A program made the translations under genes and the position numbers. From Mustelus asterias (Eukaryota), in contig NW_027590217.1 of the NCBI RefSeq assembly GCF_964213995.1, forward strand, positions 372,001-436,000: DNA of 64,000 nucleotides, given 5' to 3'. A model generated the notes under the pieces. That model was not told the origin of the DNA. It ran no database searches and worked only from the letters and a program-made list of their open reading frames with translations. Positions within the stretch are counted from its first letter, which is position 1. Every line of letters starts with the position of its first letter. This document shows, piece by piece, positions 11,797-23,504 of this stretch.

Positions 11797-14049
11797 CTGG
11801 GAATGGGAAAGGGGAAAAGTTCAGAGAAATTGAAACAAAAACAGAAAATGCTGGAGAAACTCAGCAGGTCTGACAGCATCTGTGGAGAGATGGGGCTTCC
11901 AATTCCAAACACAAAGAGACTTGGGAGTCCTTGTTCAAGATTCTCTTGAGGTTAACGTGCAGGTTCAGTCAACAGTTAGGAAGGCAAATGCAATGTTAGC
12001 ATTCATGTCGAGAGGGCTAGAATACAAGGGCAGGGATGGACTGCTGAGTCTGTATAAGAGTCTGGTCAGGCCCGATTTGGAGTATTGTGAGCAGTTTTGG
12101 GCCCCGTATCTAAGGAAGGATGTGCTGGCCTTGGAAAGGGTCCAGAGGAGCTTCATAAGAATGATCCCTGGAATGAAGAGCTTGTCGTATGAGGAACGGT
12201 TGAGGACTCTGGGTCTGTACTCGTTGGAGTTTAGAAGGATGAGGGGAGGGATCTTAGTAAAACTTACAGGATACTGCGAGGCCTGGATAGAGTGGACGTG
12301 GAGAGGATGTTTCCACTAGTAGGAAAAACTAGAACCAGAGGGCACAACCTCAGGCTAAAGGGACGATCCTTTAAAACAGAGATGAGGAGGAATTTCTTCA
12401 GCCAGAGAGTGGTGAATCTGTGGAACTCTTTGCCGCAGAAGGCTGTGGAGGCCGGGTCATTGAGACAGCGATAGATAGGGTCTTCATTAATAAGGGATCA
12501 GGGGGTTATGGGGAAAAGGCAGGAGAGTGGGGATGAGAAAAATATCAGCCATGATTGAATGGCGGAGAAGACTCAATGGGCCGAGTGGCCTCATTCTGCT
12601 CCTATGTCTTGTGGTCTTCCCCAACTTGGTTTCCTGTGAAGATTGAGTTTCTGTCATTGACTGATATTAGTCTCCAGGATTGCAGGAGTGAAGGGAACTG
12701 TTTCCGTTTCTGCAACCCAGAATTTAATCTAAAACTGCGCAGATAGCGCAGGGCACCAGTTAAATCCTTGTGTCCTGAATCACCGATTTGCCACAGGGCC
12801 AACACCATTGGAGGAGCCAATCACACCATTCTACTGGATCAACGAGGCCCAACCCACCAGATCCCAACCTTACCGTCTCTCTGGGTGACAAACGTGCTTC
12901 TAATTCTTGACAGACTTTGAGAGACAATGGTCAGGCGCTGGGGTCAGGTTCCTATTCAATCTGACCTGGAGCATTTCACAAGAAAATGACCATTTAGATT
13001 AGAAACATAGAAGATAGGAGCAGGAGGAGGCCATTCAGCCCTTCAAGCCTGCTCCGCCATTCATCACCATCATAGCTGACTGTCCAACTCAACAGCCTAA
13101 TTCTGCTTTCTCCCCAGAATCTTCGATCCTGTTCACCCCAAGTGCTACATCCAGCCGCCTCTTGAATACATTCAATGTTTTGGCATCAACTACTTCCTGT
13201 GGGAATGAATTCCACAGGCTCACCACTCTCTGGGTGAAGAAATGTCTCCTCACCTCCTTCCTGAATGGTCTACCCCGAATACTCAGACTGTGAGCCCTGG
13301 TTCTGGACACTCCCACCATCGGGAACATCCTCCCTGCATCTACTGTCTAGTCCTGTTAGAATTTTACAAGTCTCTATGAGATCCCCCCCCCCCCGTCATT
13401 CTTCTGAACTCCAGCGAAAACAATCCTAATCTAGTCAATCTCTCCTCGTACGTCAGTCCCGCCATCCCCGGGATCAGCCTGGTAACCCTTCGCTGCACTC
13501 CCTCGAGAGCAAGAACATCCTTCCACAGAAAAGGAGACCAAAACTGCACACAATACTCTAGGTGTGGCCTCACCAAGGCTCTGTATAATTGCAATAGCAC
13601 ATCCCTGCTCCTGTACTCGAAACCTCTCGCAATGAAGGCCAACATACCATTTGCCTTCTTTACCCCCTGCTGCACCTGCATGCTTACCTTCAGCGACTGG
13701 TGCACAAGGACACCCAGGTCCCTCTGCACACTCCCCTCTCCCAATTTACAGCCATTCGGGTAGTAATCTGCCTCCTTGTTTTTGCTTCCCAAGTGAATAT
13801 CCTCACACTTATCCAAATTACACTGCATCTGCCACTGATTAGCCCACTCAGCCAACCTGTCCAGATCATGCTGAAGGATCTCTGCATCCTCCTCACAGTT
13901 CAGGAGTGTGTTGGGTGGGGGGGGGGGAACCCAAACTATCGCTGTTGCTTGTTGCATTGTTGACACTTTCATTCTGACAGACACCATGGGCTGGATCTGA
14001 ACCTCCTGGATGGTTCTTAATAACATCCAGCAGCCAATTCCATTCACAG

Positions 14050-14183
14050 TCAATGCTTTATTGAACAAATTTGAGGGCGACAGTTAAATTGGAGCTTGTC
14101 GCCATTTTTGAGGGTCACATTGAGGTTAGTCTTGTAAACAATATTCGGCATACACCCAGCACAAGTGCGAACATCATTTCCAC
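14050..14183 (-). CDS. IgW: Cys-rich secretory-tail exon of the two-domain IgW short form
   Basis: Acceptor ctcttccaactccag|GT; phase 1 compatible with CH2; GGNDVRTCAGCMPNIVYKTNLNVTLKNGDKLQFNCRPQICSIKH* (4 Cys, NVT sequon). Fits the long Cys-rich tail known for IgW-short/IgX. Confidence 0.85.
14057..14062 (-). terminator. Candidate poly(A) signal of the IgW-short mRNA
   Basis: AATAAA within TCA ATA AAG, 4 nt before the TGA. No other AATAAA seen before the CR1 at about 13900. Confidence 0.55.
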
Positions 14184-16100
14184 CTGGAGTTGGAAGAGTT
14201 GCAGATTAAGCCTTACACATTTTCACTCCCCCTCCCGTGTGCCGGGAAAGTGGGAGAACCACACGGCCCCGGAACTCAGCTCAGTCCTGCCTTTTCAGGA
14301 TCCGAAAGGGTCCGGATCATGTTGATGTTGAAAAGCCGACTCACCTTGTCCAGAACGGTCAGAGGAAATTGACCTGAGCTTCGAGGGGGGAGGGGGGTGC
14401 GGTCAGAGAGTCATACAGCGCAGAAAAGGCCTTTCAGCCCATCGAGTCTGCACCAACAATAATCACCAGTAAACATGCGCTAATCCCATTTTCCAGCACT
14501 TCTCCATATCCTTGAACGTTATGGGGAGGAATTCACCCCTCCCGCCCACCAAGGGAATCATAGCGAGGTGTGGGGGGGGGGGGGGGGGCGGTGCGCGGGG
14601 TTGACCACGCAAAGGTCTATTGACTCAGGTGGGGGGTCTCCGGTTTGGGGCGGGCGTGGCTGGAAAATCCCACCCATGATGTTTCAAATGCCCATCCAAA
14701 TATCTTTAAAAGGTTGTAAGGTTTCCAGCCTCCACTACCTTCCCAGGCAGCGCATTCCAGATTCCCACCAACTCCTGCGTGATTTTCTTTTCTCAAATCC
14801 CCTCTGAATCTCCTACCCCTCACTCTAAAACTCTGCTCCCTCCTGATTGAGGGATGAGGGGTTTGTCGTACGAAGAGAGATCGAGCAGTTTAGGCCGATA
14901 CTCTCTGGAATGTCGAAGAATGAGGGAAGATCACAATGAGGTGTACAAGATGATAAAAGGTATGGATGAAGTAGACGTGGAGAGGACGCTTCCTCGTGTG
15001 GGACATTCTGGGACGAAAGGTCAGAGTCTTAGGATAAGGGGCAGCAAATTTAAAACAGAGTTGAGGAGAACTGACTTCTCCCAAAGGATTGTGAATCTGT
15101 GGAATTCGCTACCCCAAAGTGCAGTGGATGCTGGGACAGTGAGTAAATTTAAGGAGGCGTTAGACTGATTTTTAATTGGTAATGGGTTGAAGGGATACGG
15201 GGAGAATGCAGGAATGATTGACTCCTCAACCCAGAGGAACAGCTACTCCCTACTCACCCTATCCAAAGCCCTCATAATCTTATCCACCTCAATCATGTCC
15301 CCCTCAGCCTTCTCTGCCCTAAAGAAAGTGATCCAAGCTTATCCAGTCTCTCCTTATAGTTCAAATACTCCATTCCCAGGCAGCATCCTGGTGAACCTCC
15401 TCTGCACCCCCTCCAGTGCGATCAATCCTTCCTATAGTGAGGTGGCCAGAACTGCACACAGTCCTCCAGCTGTGGCCTCACCAACGCTCTGTACGGCTCC
15501 AACATGACCTCCTTGCTCTTCTACTCTACCACGTCTGATAAAAGCAAGTGGTGGGGGGGGGGAGTTCTATCGAAAAGGAAAATGTGGGGAATGAATCGAT
15601 GAGCAGTCAGTTGGGTGATTTCTGGAGCAGGCTCAGGAGATGGTGAGGCCAATCCCGGCAATTCCTTCAAACGCAAAACTGGAAAGGTTTCTTGGATGAC
15701 GCAGCGTTTGGGAGGCAGTAGAAAAGGAAACGCTGGGAGCTGATTTGAACTGTGGATGGGATTCGATGTGTTGGGTATCAGATGGGATGTTATCAGGTGA
15801 ACCACTTCACACCCAGCCCCATTTTCATTTCGAGTCACAGAGAGTCCCATTGGATAAGGCTGGGAAACAGACAGTGACCCAATTCCAGCAGTTTCCCTCT
15901 GCTTCCTGCATTCCCTTCAAATTACTCCCCTTCAGTGTCAGTTAAATGTCAAAACACCAAACACTAAACATTTCACCTCTCACTGCAGGGTTGTTACTGG
16001 GGACAGTGATTCTGAATTGAGGGAGAGTCTTTGCCCATGAAGTGAACACAAGTCTGAATTACTGACGGGATATTCCTTTCCTCTCTCAGACACCACTTAC

Positions 16101-16400
16101 CCTCTCGGTATCTCAAGCTGATCCCGCGGTTGAAGTTCGAAGGTGTGTGGGTCACTTGACAAACGTAGACATCTCCTCTCTTCCAATCCGCCACAGGGAC
16201 TGTCAGGTAAGAGACCGTTTTGAATGTATCGCCGGGTCTCTGTTTGGAAGGTAATAAAACATCGACTTGGACTTGTCCGGCTTTAGTCCAGGAAACCTGT
16301 ACGCTGTTGGGATAGAATCCGGATATCACACATCCCAGGACGGCAGTAGTTTGGTTGTAGACAGTCTCCAGGGATGGAACCAGTGGGATGATCTTGGGGG
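16101..16400 (-). CDS. IgW: IgW CH2 exon
   Basis: ccacag|CC...GAGG|gtaagt; 300 nt; PPKIIPLVP...AVLGCVISGFYPNSVQVSW...YLTVPVADWKRGDVYVCQVTH. Confidence 0.95.
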
Positions 16401-17489
16401 CTGTGGAATATTGCAATATTACAGATTACACGATTATTTTGGCCAGAGACAAGAACAAAGAACAAAGAAAATTACAGCACAGGAACAGGCCCTTCGGCCC
16501 TCCAAGCCTGCACCGACCATGCTGCCCGTCTGAGCTAAAACCCCCTACCCTTCCTGGGACCGTATCCCTCTATTCCCATCCTATTCATGTATTTGTCCAG
16601 ACGCCCCTTAAAACTCACTCTCGTATTTACTTCCACTACCTCCCCCAGCAGTGAGTTCCAAGCACCCCCAACACCCCCCCCCCCCCGCCCCCCCTCCCCG
16701 CCCCGGCCATCCTCTGTGTAAAAGTCTTGCCTCATACATCTCCTTTAAACCTTGCCCCTCGCACCTTAAACCTGTGCCCCCTAGTAATTGACTCTTCCAC
16801 CCTGGGAAAAAGCTTCTGACTATCCACTCTGTCCATGCCCCTCCTAATCTTGTAGACTTCGCCTTGTAGACAAGACACATTCAATTCCCTCAACATCGAA
16901 AGGAACCATCCCAAAAACAGCCCCTTCCAATGATGATGTTGACTTTCCCGTGAGCATGTTGACATGATGAGAAGAACCGTGACTGTTAAAGGATGCTGGG
17001 ATTGGGTGAGCTGGCAGTATACCTGGGGTCTGCCAAGTGGATACCGAGCAAAGCAAATGGAAGTTGGGGTGTAAATCAGTCCTGATCTTCACTGATGATG
17101 AAGCAGACTGAAGGAGCTGACTGGCCTCTACCTATTCATGTATTTTTTTTATTCCTTCATGGGCCATGTGCGCCCTGGCTGGCAGCATTTACTGCCCATC
17201 CAGAGGGCAATTGAGAGTCAACCACATTGCTGTGGCTCTGGACTCACGTGTAGGCCAGACTCGGTAAGGACGACAGATTTCCTTCCCTAAAGGCCATGAG
17301 TGAACCAGATGGGGTTTTTCCAACAATCGACAATGGTTTCATGGTCATCAGTCAATTCTTAATTCCAGATTTTTTTTATTGAATTCAAATTCCACCAGCT
17401 GCCATGGCAGGATTTGAACCCGGGTCCCCAAAACATTAGCTGTGTTTCTGGATCAATCATCTAGCCATAATAGCACCAGGCCATCGCCT

Positions 17490-17965
17490 CCCAGGACAGT
17501 GTAGATTGTACATGGGCTGTGGAAGGAGATTAATTGGGTGGTAATCCCAGGACAGTGTAGATTGTACATGGGCTGTGGAAGGAGATTAATTGGGTGGTAA
17601 TCCCAGGACAGTGTAGATTGTACATGGGCTGTGGAAGGAGATTAATTGGGTGGTAATCCCAGGACAGTGTAGATTGTACATGGGCTGTGGAAGGAGATTA
17701 ATTGGGTGGTAATCCCAGGACAGTGTAGATTGTACATGGGCTGTGGAAGGAGATTAATTGGGTGGTAATCCCAGGACAGTGTAGATTGTACATGGGCTGT
17801 GGAAGGAGATTAATTGGGTGGTAATCCCAGGACAGTGTAGATTGTACATGGGCTGTGGAAGGAGATTAATTGGGTGGTAATCCCAGGACAGTGTAGATTG
17901 TACATGGGCTGTGGAAGGAGATTAATTGGGTGGTAATCCCAGGACAGCGTAGATTGTACATGGGT
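17490..17965. repeat. 56-bp minisatellite, 8.5 near-identical copies, in the CH1-CH2 intron
   Basis: Unit CCCAGGACAGTGTAGATTGTACATGGGCTGTGGAAGGAGATTAATTGGGTGGTAAT. Confidence 0.97.
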
Positions 17966-19312
17966 GACGATAGTGATAATACCACTAGGCCATCGTCTCC
18001 CCTGTATCCATGCACAGGGGGAGATGGAGAGAAGCTATTTCCATTGGCAGGAGGATTGGTCGTGACAGATGTAAGGTAATTTATCGAATAAACCCAGGTA
18101 GGCATGAGGAGGCTGTTCTTTCTCAACACAGCTCCTCTGTTTGCATCTGGACTGCACTGCCTGAAAGGAAGCATCTTCAAGAAATAAGGTTGAAATTTTC
18201 AAAAGGGGATTGGGTAATTTCTTGGAAGGTGGAAAATTTCCTGGGATATGTGGAATGAGGAGGGGAGTGGGACTAAATTGCGATCTCAGATAATGCTGGA
18301 TTGGTATGGTGGATTGAATGGCCTTCCTCTGTCCTGTATGATTTTAAGACTCAGGATCTTACAGCGAGTTGGGGCAGAGGGCTGGGGAGGCTCTAAAATT
18401 GGACTGGAGTTAAAACACAGTGCGGGCATTATGGCATCATTCACCTGTTGTACTCCAACCCCAATATCCAGCTTCACTGGCTTCCATAGAACTGAATATT
18501 GAGCACGTGATATCTCAGGCGTCTACATTGTTTCCCGGCCATTGTCCAATTTGGTCTGGTTTCTCACTGAGCTTTGTTTAGTCACCAGCAGCACTGCTAG
18601 CAGACAGAGGTGGAGTAAATGGTCCCACAAGTTCATAAGATATAGGAGTAGAATTAGGCCATTCGGCCCATTGAGTCCGCTCCGCCATTCGATCGTGACT
18701 GATACGCTCCTCATCCCCATTTTCCTGCCTTCTCCGCATAACCCTTCAACCCATTACCAATTAAAAATCAGTCTAACTCCTCCTTAAATTGACTCACTGC
18801 CCCAGCATCCACCGCACTCTGGGATAGCGAATTCCACAGACTCACAACCCTTTGGGAGAAGCCGTTTCTCCTCCAACTCTGTTTTAAATCAGCTGCCCCT
18901 TATCCTAAGACGATGACCTCTTGTCCTAGAATGCCCCACAAGAGGAAGCATCCGCTCCACATCTACTTTATCCATGCCCTTTATCATCTTGTAGACCTCA
19001 ATTTGATCTCCCCTCATTCTTCTAAATTCCAGAGAGTAGAGGCCTAAACTGTTCGATCTCTCTTCACACGACAAACCCCTCATCTCTGGAATCAATCAAG
19101 TGAACCTCCTAAATGGATAAATGGACATAAGAATCCATTTGGATTGTGCTTTGTTGTGTTAGCAGTAGCACAGTTGGCGGACAGGGATCGAGTATAAGAA
19201 TTCATTCAGGTTCTATTTGTGACAACCTCCTACATTGGTTGCCAAAGGTTCCTATTCTAATGTCATCTCCTGATAGCAGTTTGGTTCTCAATGGTAAATA
19301 CTAAGTACTAAC

Positions 19313-19633
19313 GTTTAGGTTGAGGTTTTTGGATCTGAGCTGCCACCATTGCGTTGGGGTCGTAGCCCGCCTTGCAGTGGTAGGCCCGATTGGTATTCCA
19401 ATCCGACGCAGAGACTTTGAGCACACTGCTCATCGTATATTTCATGTTTTGCCCCAAGGTCGCCGGATACTTTATGATTCCAGTATTGATGTTTCCGCTG
19501 CTACTGGACCATGTCTGACTGATGCTCTCAGGCTGAAAGTCCTTGACCAGACAGAGCAGGCTGATTTCATCTTGGTTGGAGCTTGTCTCACAGAAAGGGC
19601 TGGAGATGTAAACTGATGGTGTGACCTGGACAT
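19313..19633 (-). CDS. IgW: IgW CH1 exon
   Basis: ttttcag|AT...AAAC|gttagt; 321 nt, open: [42 protein letters not shown]...[22 protein letters not shown]...QPK. C1-set C/W/C plus an N-terminal Cys suited to light-chain linkage. Confidence 0.93.
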
Positions 19634-21293
19634 CTGAAAAGTAAATAGATGTACACAGATAAGCTCAGTAAACAAATAAGACCATAAGATATAGGAGCAG
19701 AATTAGGCCACTCGGCCCATTGAGTCTGTTCCGCCATTCATCCCCATTCTCCTGCCTTTTCCCCATCACCCCCAATCCCCTTATTAATCAAGAACCTATC
19801 TATCTGCCTTAAAGACACTCAATGACCCGGCCTCCACAGCCTTCTGTGGCAAAGAGTTCCACAGATTCACCACTCTCTGACTGAAGAAATTCCTCTTCAT
19901 CTCTGTTTTAAAGGATCGTCCCTTTAGCCTGAGGTTGTGCCCTCTGGTTCTAGTTTTTCCTACTAGTGGAAACATCCTCTCCACGCCCACTCTATCCAGG
20001 CCTCGCAGTATCCTGTAAGTTTCAATAAGATCCCCCCTCATCCTTCTAAACTCCAACGAGTACAGACCCAGAGTCCTCAACCGTTCCTCATACGACAAGC
20101 TCTTCATTCCAGGGATCATTCTTGTGAACCTCCTCTGGACCCTTTCCAAGGCCGGCACATCCTTCCTTAGATACGGGGCCCAAAACTGCTCATAATACTC
20201 CAAATGGGGTCTGACCAGAGCCTTATACAGACTCAGAAGTACATCCCTGCTCTTGTATTCTCACCCTCTCAACATGAACGTTAACATTGCATTTGCCTTC
20301 CTAACTGCCGACTGAACCTGCACGTGAACCTGAAGAGAATCTTGAACAAGGACTCCCAAGTCCCTTTGTGTTTCTGATTTCCGAAGCATGTTTCCACTGA
20401 GAAAATAGTCTGTGCCTCCATTCCTCCTTCCATTACAATGCGTACAAGCATATAAATTTGGAGCAAGAGAGGTCACTTGGTGCTTCGAGCCCACTCTGCC
20501 ATTCAATACAATCATGGCTCATCTAATTTTAAACTCAACCCCACATCCCAGCCTACCCCCAATAACCAGTGCCCCGTATAACTGAACCATTACCTCTCTA
20601 ACTTCATGTTCAATTCCCCCCTGCACAACAAACAATCAAATTCTGTTGCTTTCCTAATTACTCACTGTCCCTTCAGACTAACATCTTGTGATCAACACAC
20701 TAGGACACCGGATTGTTCTGTGTCTCACAGCTCTGCAATCTCTCACCATTAAAGTAAAATGGCTGAACTTTCCGACCACTCGTGCTGGTGGGATCGTCCA
20801 GTCCTGCTGACGTCACACCCCTCACCGCGGGTTTCACAGCAGTGAGTGCTTCATTCAACTGGAAACCCCGTTGGCAGTGGCGGCACCAGAAGGTCCCACC
20901 GTCAGCCAATGGCAGGCTACCTCCGCGAAATGCAAGGTGGGTTGTGTGGAAAATCCTGTCCCGTGTTTCTTTTTCATTCTTCCTGCCAAGAAGGATATTT
21001 TCACATTTTCCCACATTCTACTCTCTTTGCCATATCTTTGCCCACTCACTTAACATCTTTATCCTTTTGTAGCCTCCTTATGTCCTCTTTAGCTATGACT
21101 GTAACACTACACTCTGTACTCTCTCATTTCCTTCTCTATGAATAGTATGCTTTGTCTGTATAGTGCACAAGAAACAATATTTTTCACTGTATGTTAATAC
21201 AGATGACAAGAATAAATCAAATCAAATCAAAAAATCTTTGGATCATTGACAAATTTAGCCATCATTCCTTCAATCCCTCCACCAAAGTCATTA

Positions 21294-22110
21294 AGATGAA
21301 GTAGAAAAGGTCGAGAGCTTCAAGTTTTTAGGTGTCCAGATCACCAACAACCTGTCCTGGTCCCCCCATGCCGACACTATAGTTAAGAAAGCCCCACCAA
21401 CGCCTCTACTTTCTCAGAAGACTAAGGAAATTTGGCGTGTTAGCTCCGACTCTCACCATCTTTTACAGATGCACCATAGAAAGCATTCTTCCTGGTTGTA
21501 TCACAGCTCGGTATGGGGCTCCTGCTCTGCCCAAGACCGCAAGGAACTACAAAAGGTCATGAATGTAGCCCAATCCATCACGCAAACCAACCTCCCACCA
21601 CTGACTCTGTCTACACTTCCCGCTGCCTCGGGGAAAAGCAGCCGGCATAATTAAGGACCCCCCCCACACCCCGGACATTCTCTCTTCCAGCTTCTTCCAT
21701 CGGGAAGAAGATACAAAAGTCTGAGGTCACGCACCAACCGACTCAAGAACAGCTTCTTCCCTGCTGCTGTCAAGACTTCTGAATGGACCAACCTCGCACT
21801 AAGTTGATCTTGCGTGATGGATTGGGCTACATTCATGACCTTTTGTAGTTCCTTGCAGTCTTGGGCAGAGCAGGAGCCCCAGACCAAACTGTGATACAAC
21901 CAGAAAGAATGCTTTCTATGGTGCATCTGTAAAAGTTGGTGAGAGTCGTAGCTGACATGCCAAATTTCCTTAGTCTTCTGAGAAAGTAGAGGTGTTTGTG
22001 TGGTTTCTTAACTATAGTGTCGGCATGGGGGGGACCAGGACAGGTTGTTGGTGATCTGGACACCTAAAAATTTGAAGCTCTCGACCCTTTCTGCTTCGTT
22101 CTACTTCATC
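21294..22110. mobile_element. Two inverted Rex1/Babar-like fragments in the J-CH1 intron (21294-21808+, 21811-22110-)
   Basis: The same approximately 290-bp RT-end segment is present on both strands. Confidence 0.8.
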
Positions 22111-22810
22111 TGCCATCTACTTAATTTCCATTATTAATTCCCCAGAATCACTTTCTATCGGACCAATGTTCATTTTGTTCACTCATTTCTTTTTTTATTC
22201 ATCTCTTGAAATGCTTATTATCTGTTTTTCTATTTCCAGCTTGCTTTCGCTCTTTCTCTATTTTTCCTCTCATTAATCTGGTCGCCATTCTTTGCTGGTT
22301 TGTACATTGTGTCCAATCTTCTGACCAGCAATGTTTGAACTGCAATAAATAACATTTAAAACCACTCTGACACCAACAATTAAATCATGAGACAATTGTA
22401 TGAAATATTTGAACTCAGATTAGAACAAAATCCTAACCCAACCTGCAAATATCCGAAAATCCAAAATCACCAAACCTGCCCCAACATAATGTCCTGAAAA
22501 CTATAATCTGAATCAAGCAGAACACACTAAACAGATCCGGGAATCGTTATTCGATTCTGAGAATCGATTCTGTGGAGTTAAATCTGAACCTTTGAGAGTA
22601 AATCCAGTTATCAGATTTCAGCTCCAATTACTGGGTATGTTCTTGTCTCTACAGAAATCCAGCTCTCTCAGAGAGAATCATTTCATTGTTCGAAATATCT
22701 CACTGATTTCAGGTAAATCACACATTACAACTGAACAATCAAATTCACTAATAACACAAATTAAAGAAAATAAATGTTGGATAAGAAAGGAATTGAGAAG
22801 TTTGTCTTAC

Positions 22811-22857
22811 CTGAAGTCACTTTCACCAGGGTTCCGCTCCCCCAGTAGTCAAGAGAT
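22811..22857 (-). CDS. IgW: IgW JH segment (SLDYWGSGTLVKVTS)
   Basis: WGxG motif; 47 nt; heptamer immediately 5'; donor TCAG|GTAAGA in phase 1. Confidence 0.96.
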
Positions 22858-22885
22858 CACAGTGCTTCACCCCAGGTCATAAACC
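22858..22885 (+). other. 12-bp-spacer RSS 5' of JH
   Basis: CACAGTG + CTTCACCCCAGG (12 nt) + TCATAAACC (7/9). No nonamer-like word at 22/23-nt spacing. Confidence 0.88.
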
Positions 22886-23000
22886 ACAGGTATAAGATCC
22901 AGCCCAAAATAAAATGACCCAGACAAGCAGCCAGAAGCTTTATTAACTCCTCAGTCTGTATCCGTGTGTGCCCCACACACCAGGTATCAAACTCGGGGTC

Positions 23001-23235
23001 TGTGGTAAACCACTGTTAGCTTATTCCCTATATATGTGACATGCCTGGACACATCCCTGCTGGCCCTACCCGAGACTCCTCCCCCCCCTCGTCCAGGTAT
23101 AAAGGCGACTGCTCCCCACCCCCCTGCCTCAGTCTGGACCAGTTCATCGGCATGGGTGCGCTCCAAGTCTTTTGCTAATAAAAGCCTATTTGTTCTTGCG
23201 TACAAACTAGTCTTTGCTTGATTGCTGGTGCATCA
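23001..23235 (+). mobile_element. Solo LTR (235 bp) between the V and J RSSs
   Basis: TG...CA termini; exact 5-bp direct repeats GGGTC at 22996-23000 and 23236-23240; TATAAA at 23098-23103 followed by AATAAA at 23177-23182. Confidence 0.8.
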
Positions 23236-23465
23236 GGGTCTTTCTGGACTTTACAGGAAGATGAGATGATCCACAAGGAGTTTTCATTGCTCAGCATCCT
23301 CTCGCTGTTACTCACTGAGGTTTCCTCCTTTCCAATAATATCTCCAAAGGAAGTTGTTCACACACCCAGATTATTGAATCAGGATCTGATTTATATCCAC
23401 GGGCCATGAGATAAAGGTCGGTAATATCGCCCGAAAGCTCCAGTTTAAATAGCTCTCCTGTGGCA

Positions 23466-23504
23466 GGTTTTTGAATGGAGGATTCCCCCATCTCTCTCAC
23501 TGTG
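23466..23504 (-). other. 23-bp-spacer recombination signal sequence 3' of V(D)
   Basis: CACAGTG + AGAGAGATGGGGGAATCCTCCAT (23 nt) + TCAAAAACC (8/9 nonamer match). Confidence 0.95.

Larger units (their letters stand above)
11895..15545. mobile_element. Several CR1 3' fragments in the CH2-CH3 intron (11895-12616+, 13000-13902-, 14845-15215+, 15215-15545-)
   Basis: RDLGV/LEYC/QFW/LYSLEFRRMRG motifs. The short-tail exon lies in unique DNA between them. Confidence 0.85.
16448..20420 (-). mobile_element. CR1 3' fragments flanking CH1 (16448-16860, 18630-19110, 19678-20420)
   Basis: ORF2 C-terminal motifs in ORFs 16608-16965, 18889-19095 and 19796-20203. Confidence 0.85.

Noticed and set aside
12874-12965. 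AG/GT-bounded segment in the CH2-CH3 intron
   Set aside because: The phase-1 reading stops after 4 codons; no evidence of use.
15994-16100. CH2 read-through peptide GKWCLREE...NHCPQ* as the short secretory tail
   Set aside because: It follows a strong GTAAGT donor, I saw no AATAAA downstream, and the exon at 14050-14183 fits the known Cys-rich tail much better.
17490-17965. CRISPR-like regular arrays
   Set aside because: There are no unique spacers and the context is vertebrate; these are minisatellites.
22867-22875. CTGGGGTGA shared between the J RSS spacer and the V 3' extension
   Set aside because: A 9-nt match only; not enough to argue that the extension is RSS-derived.
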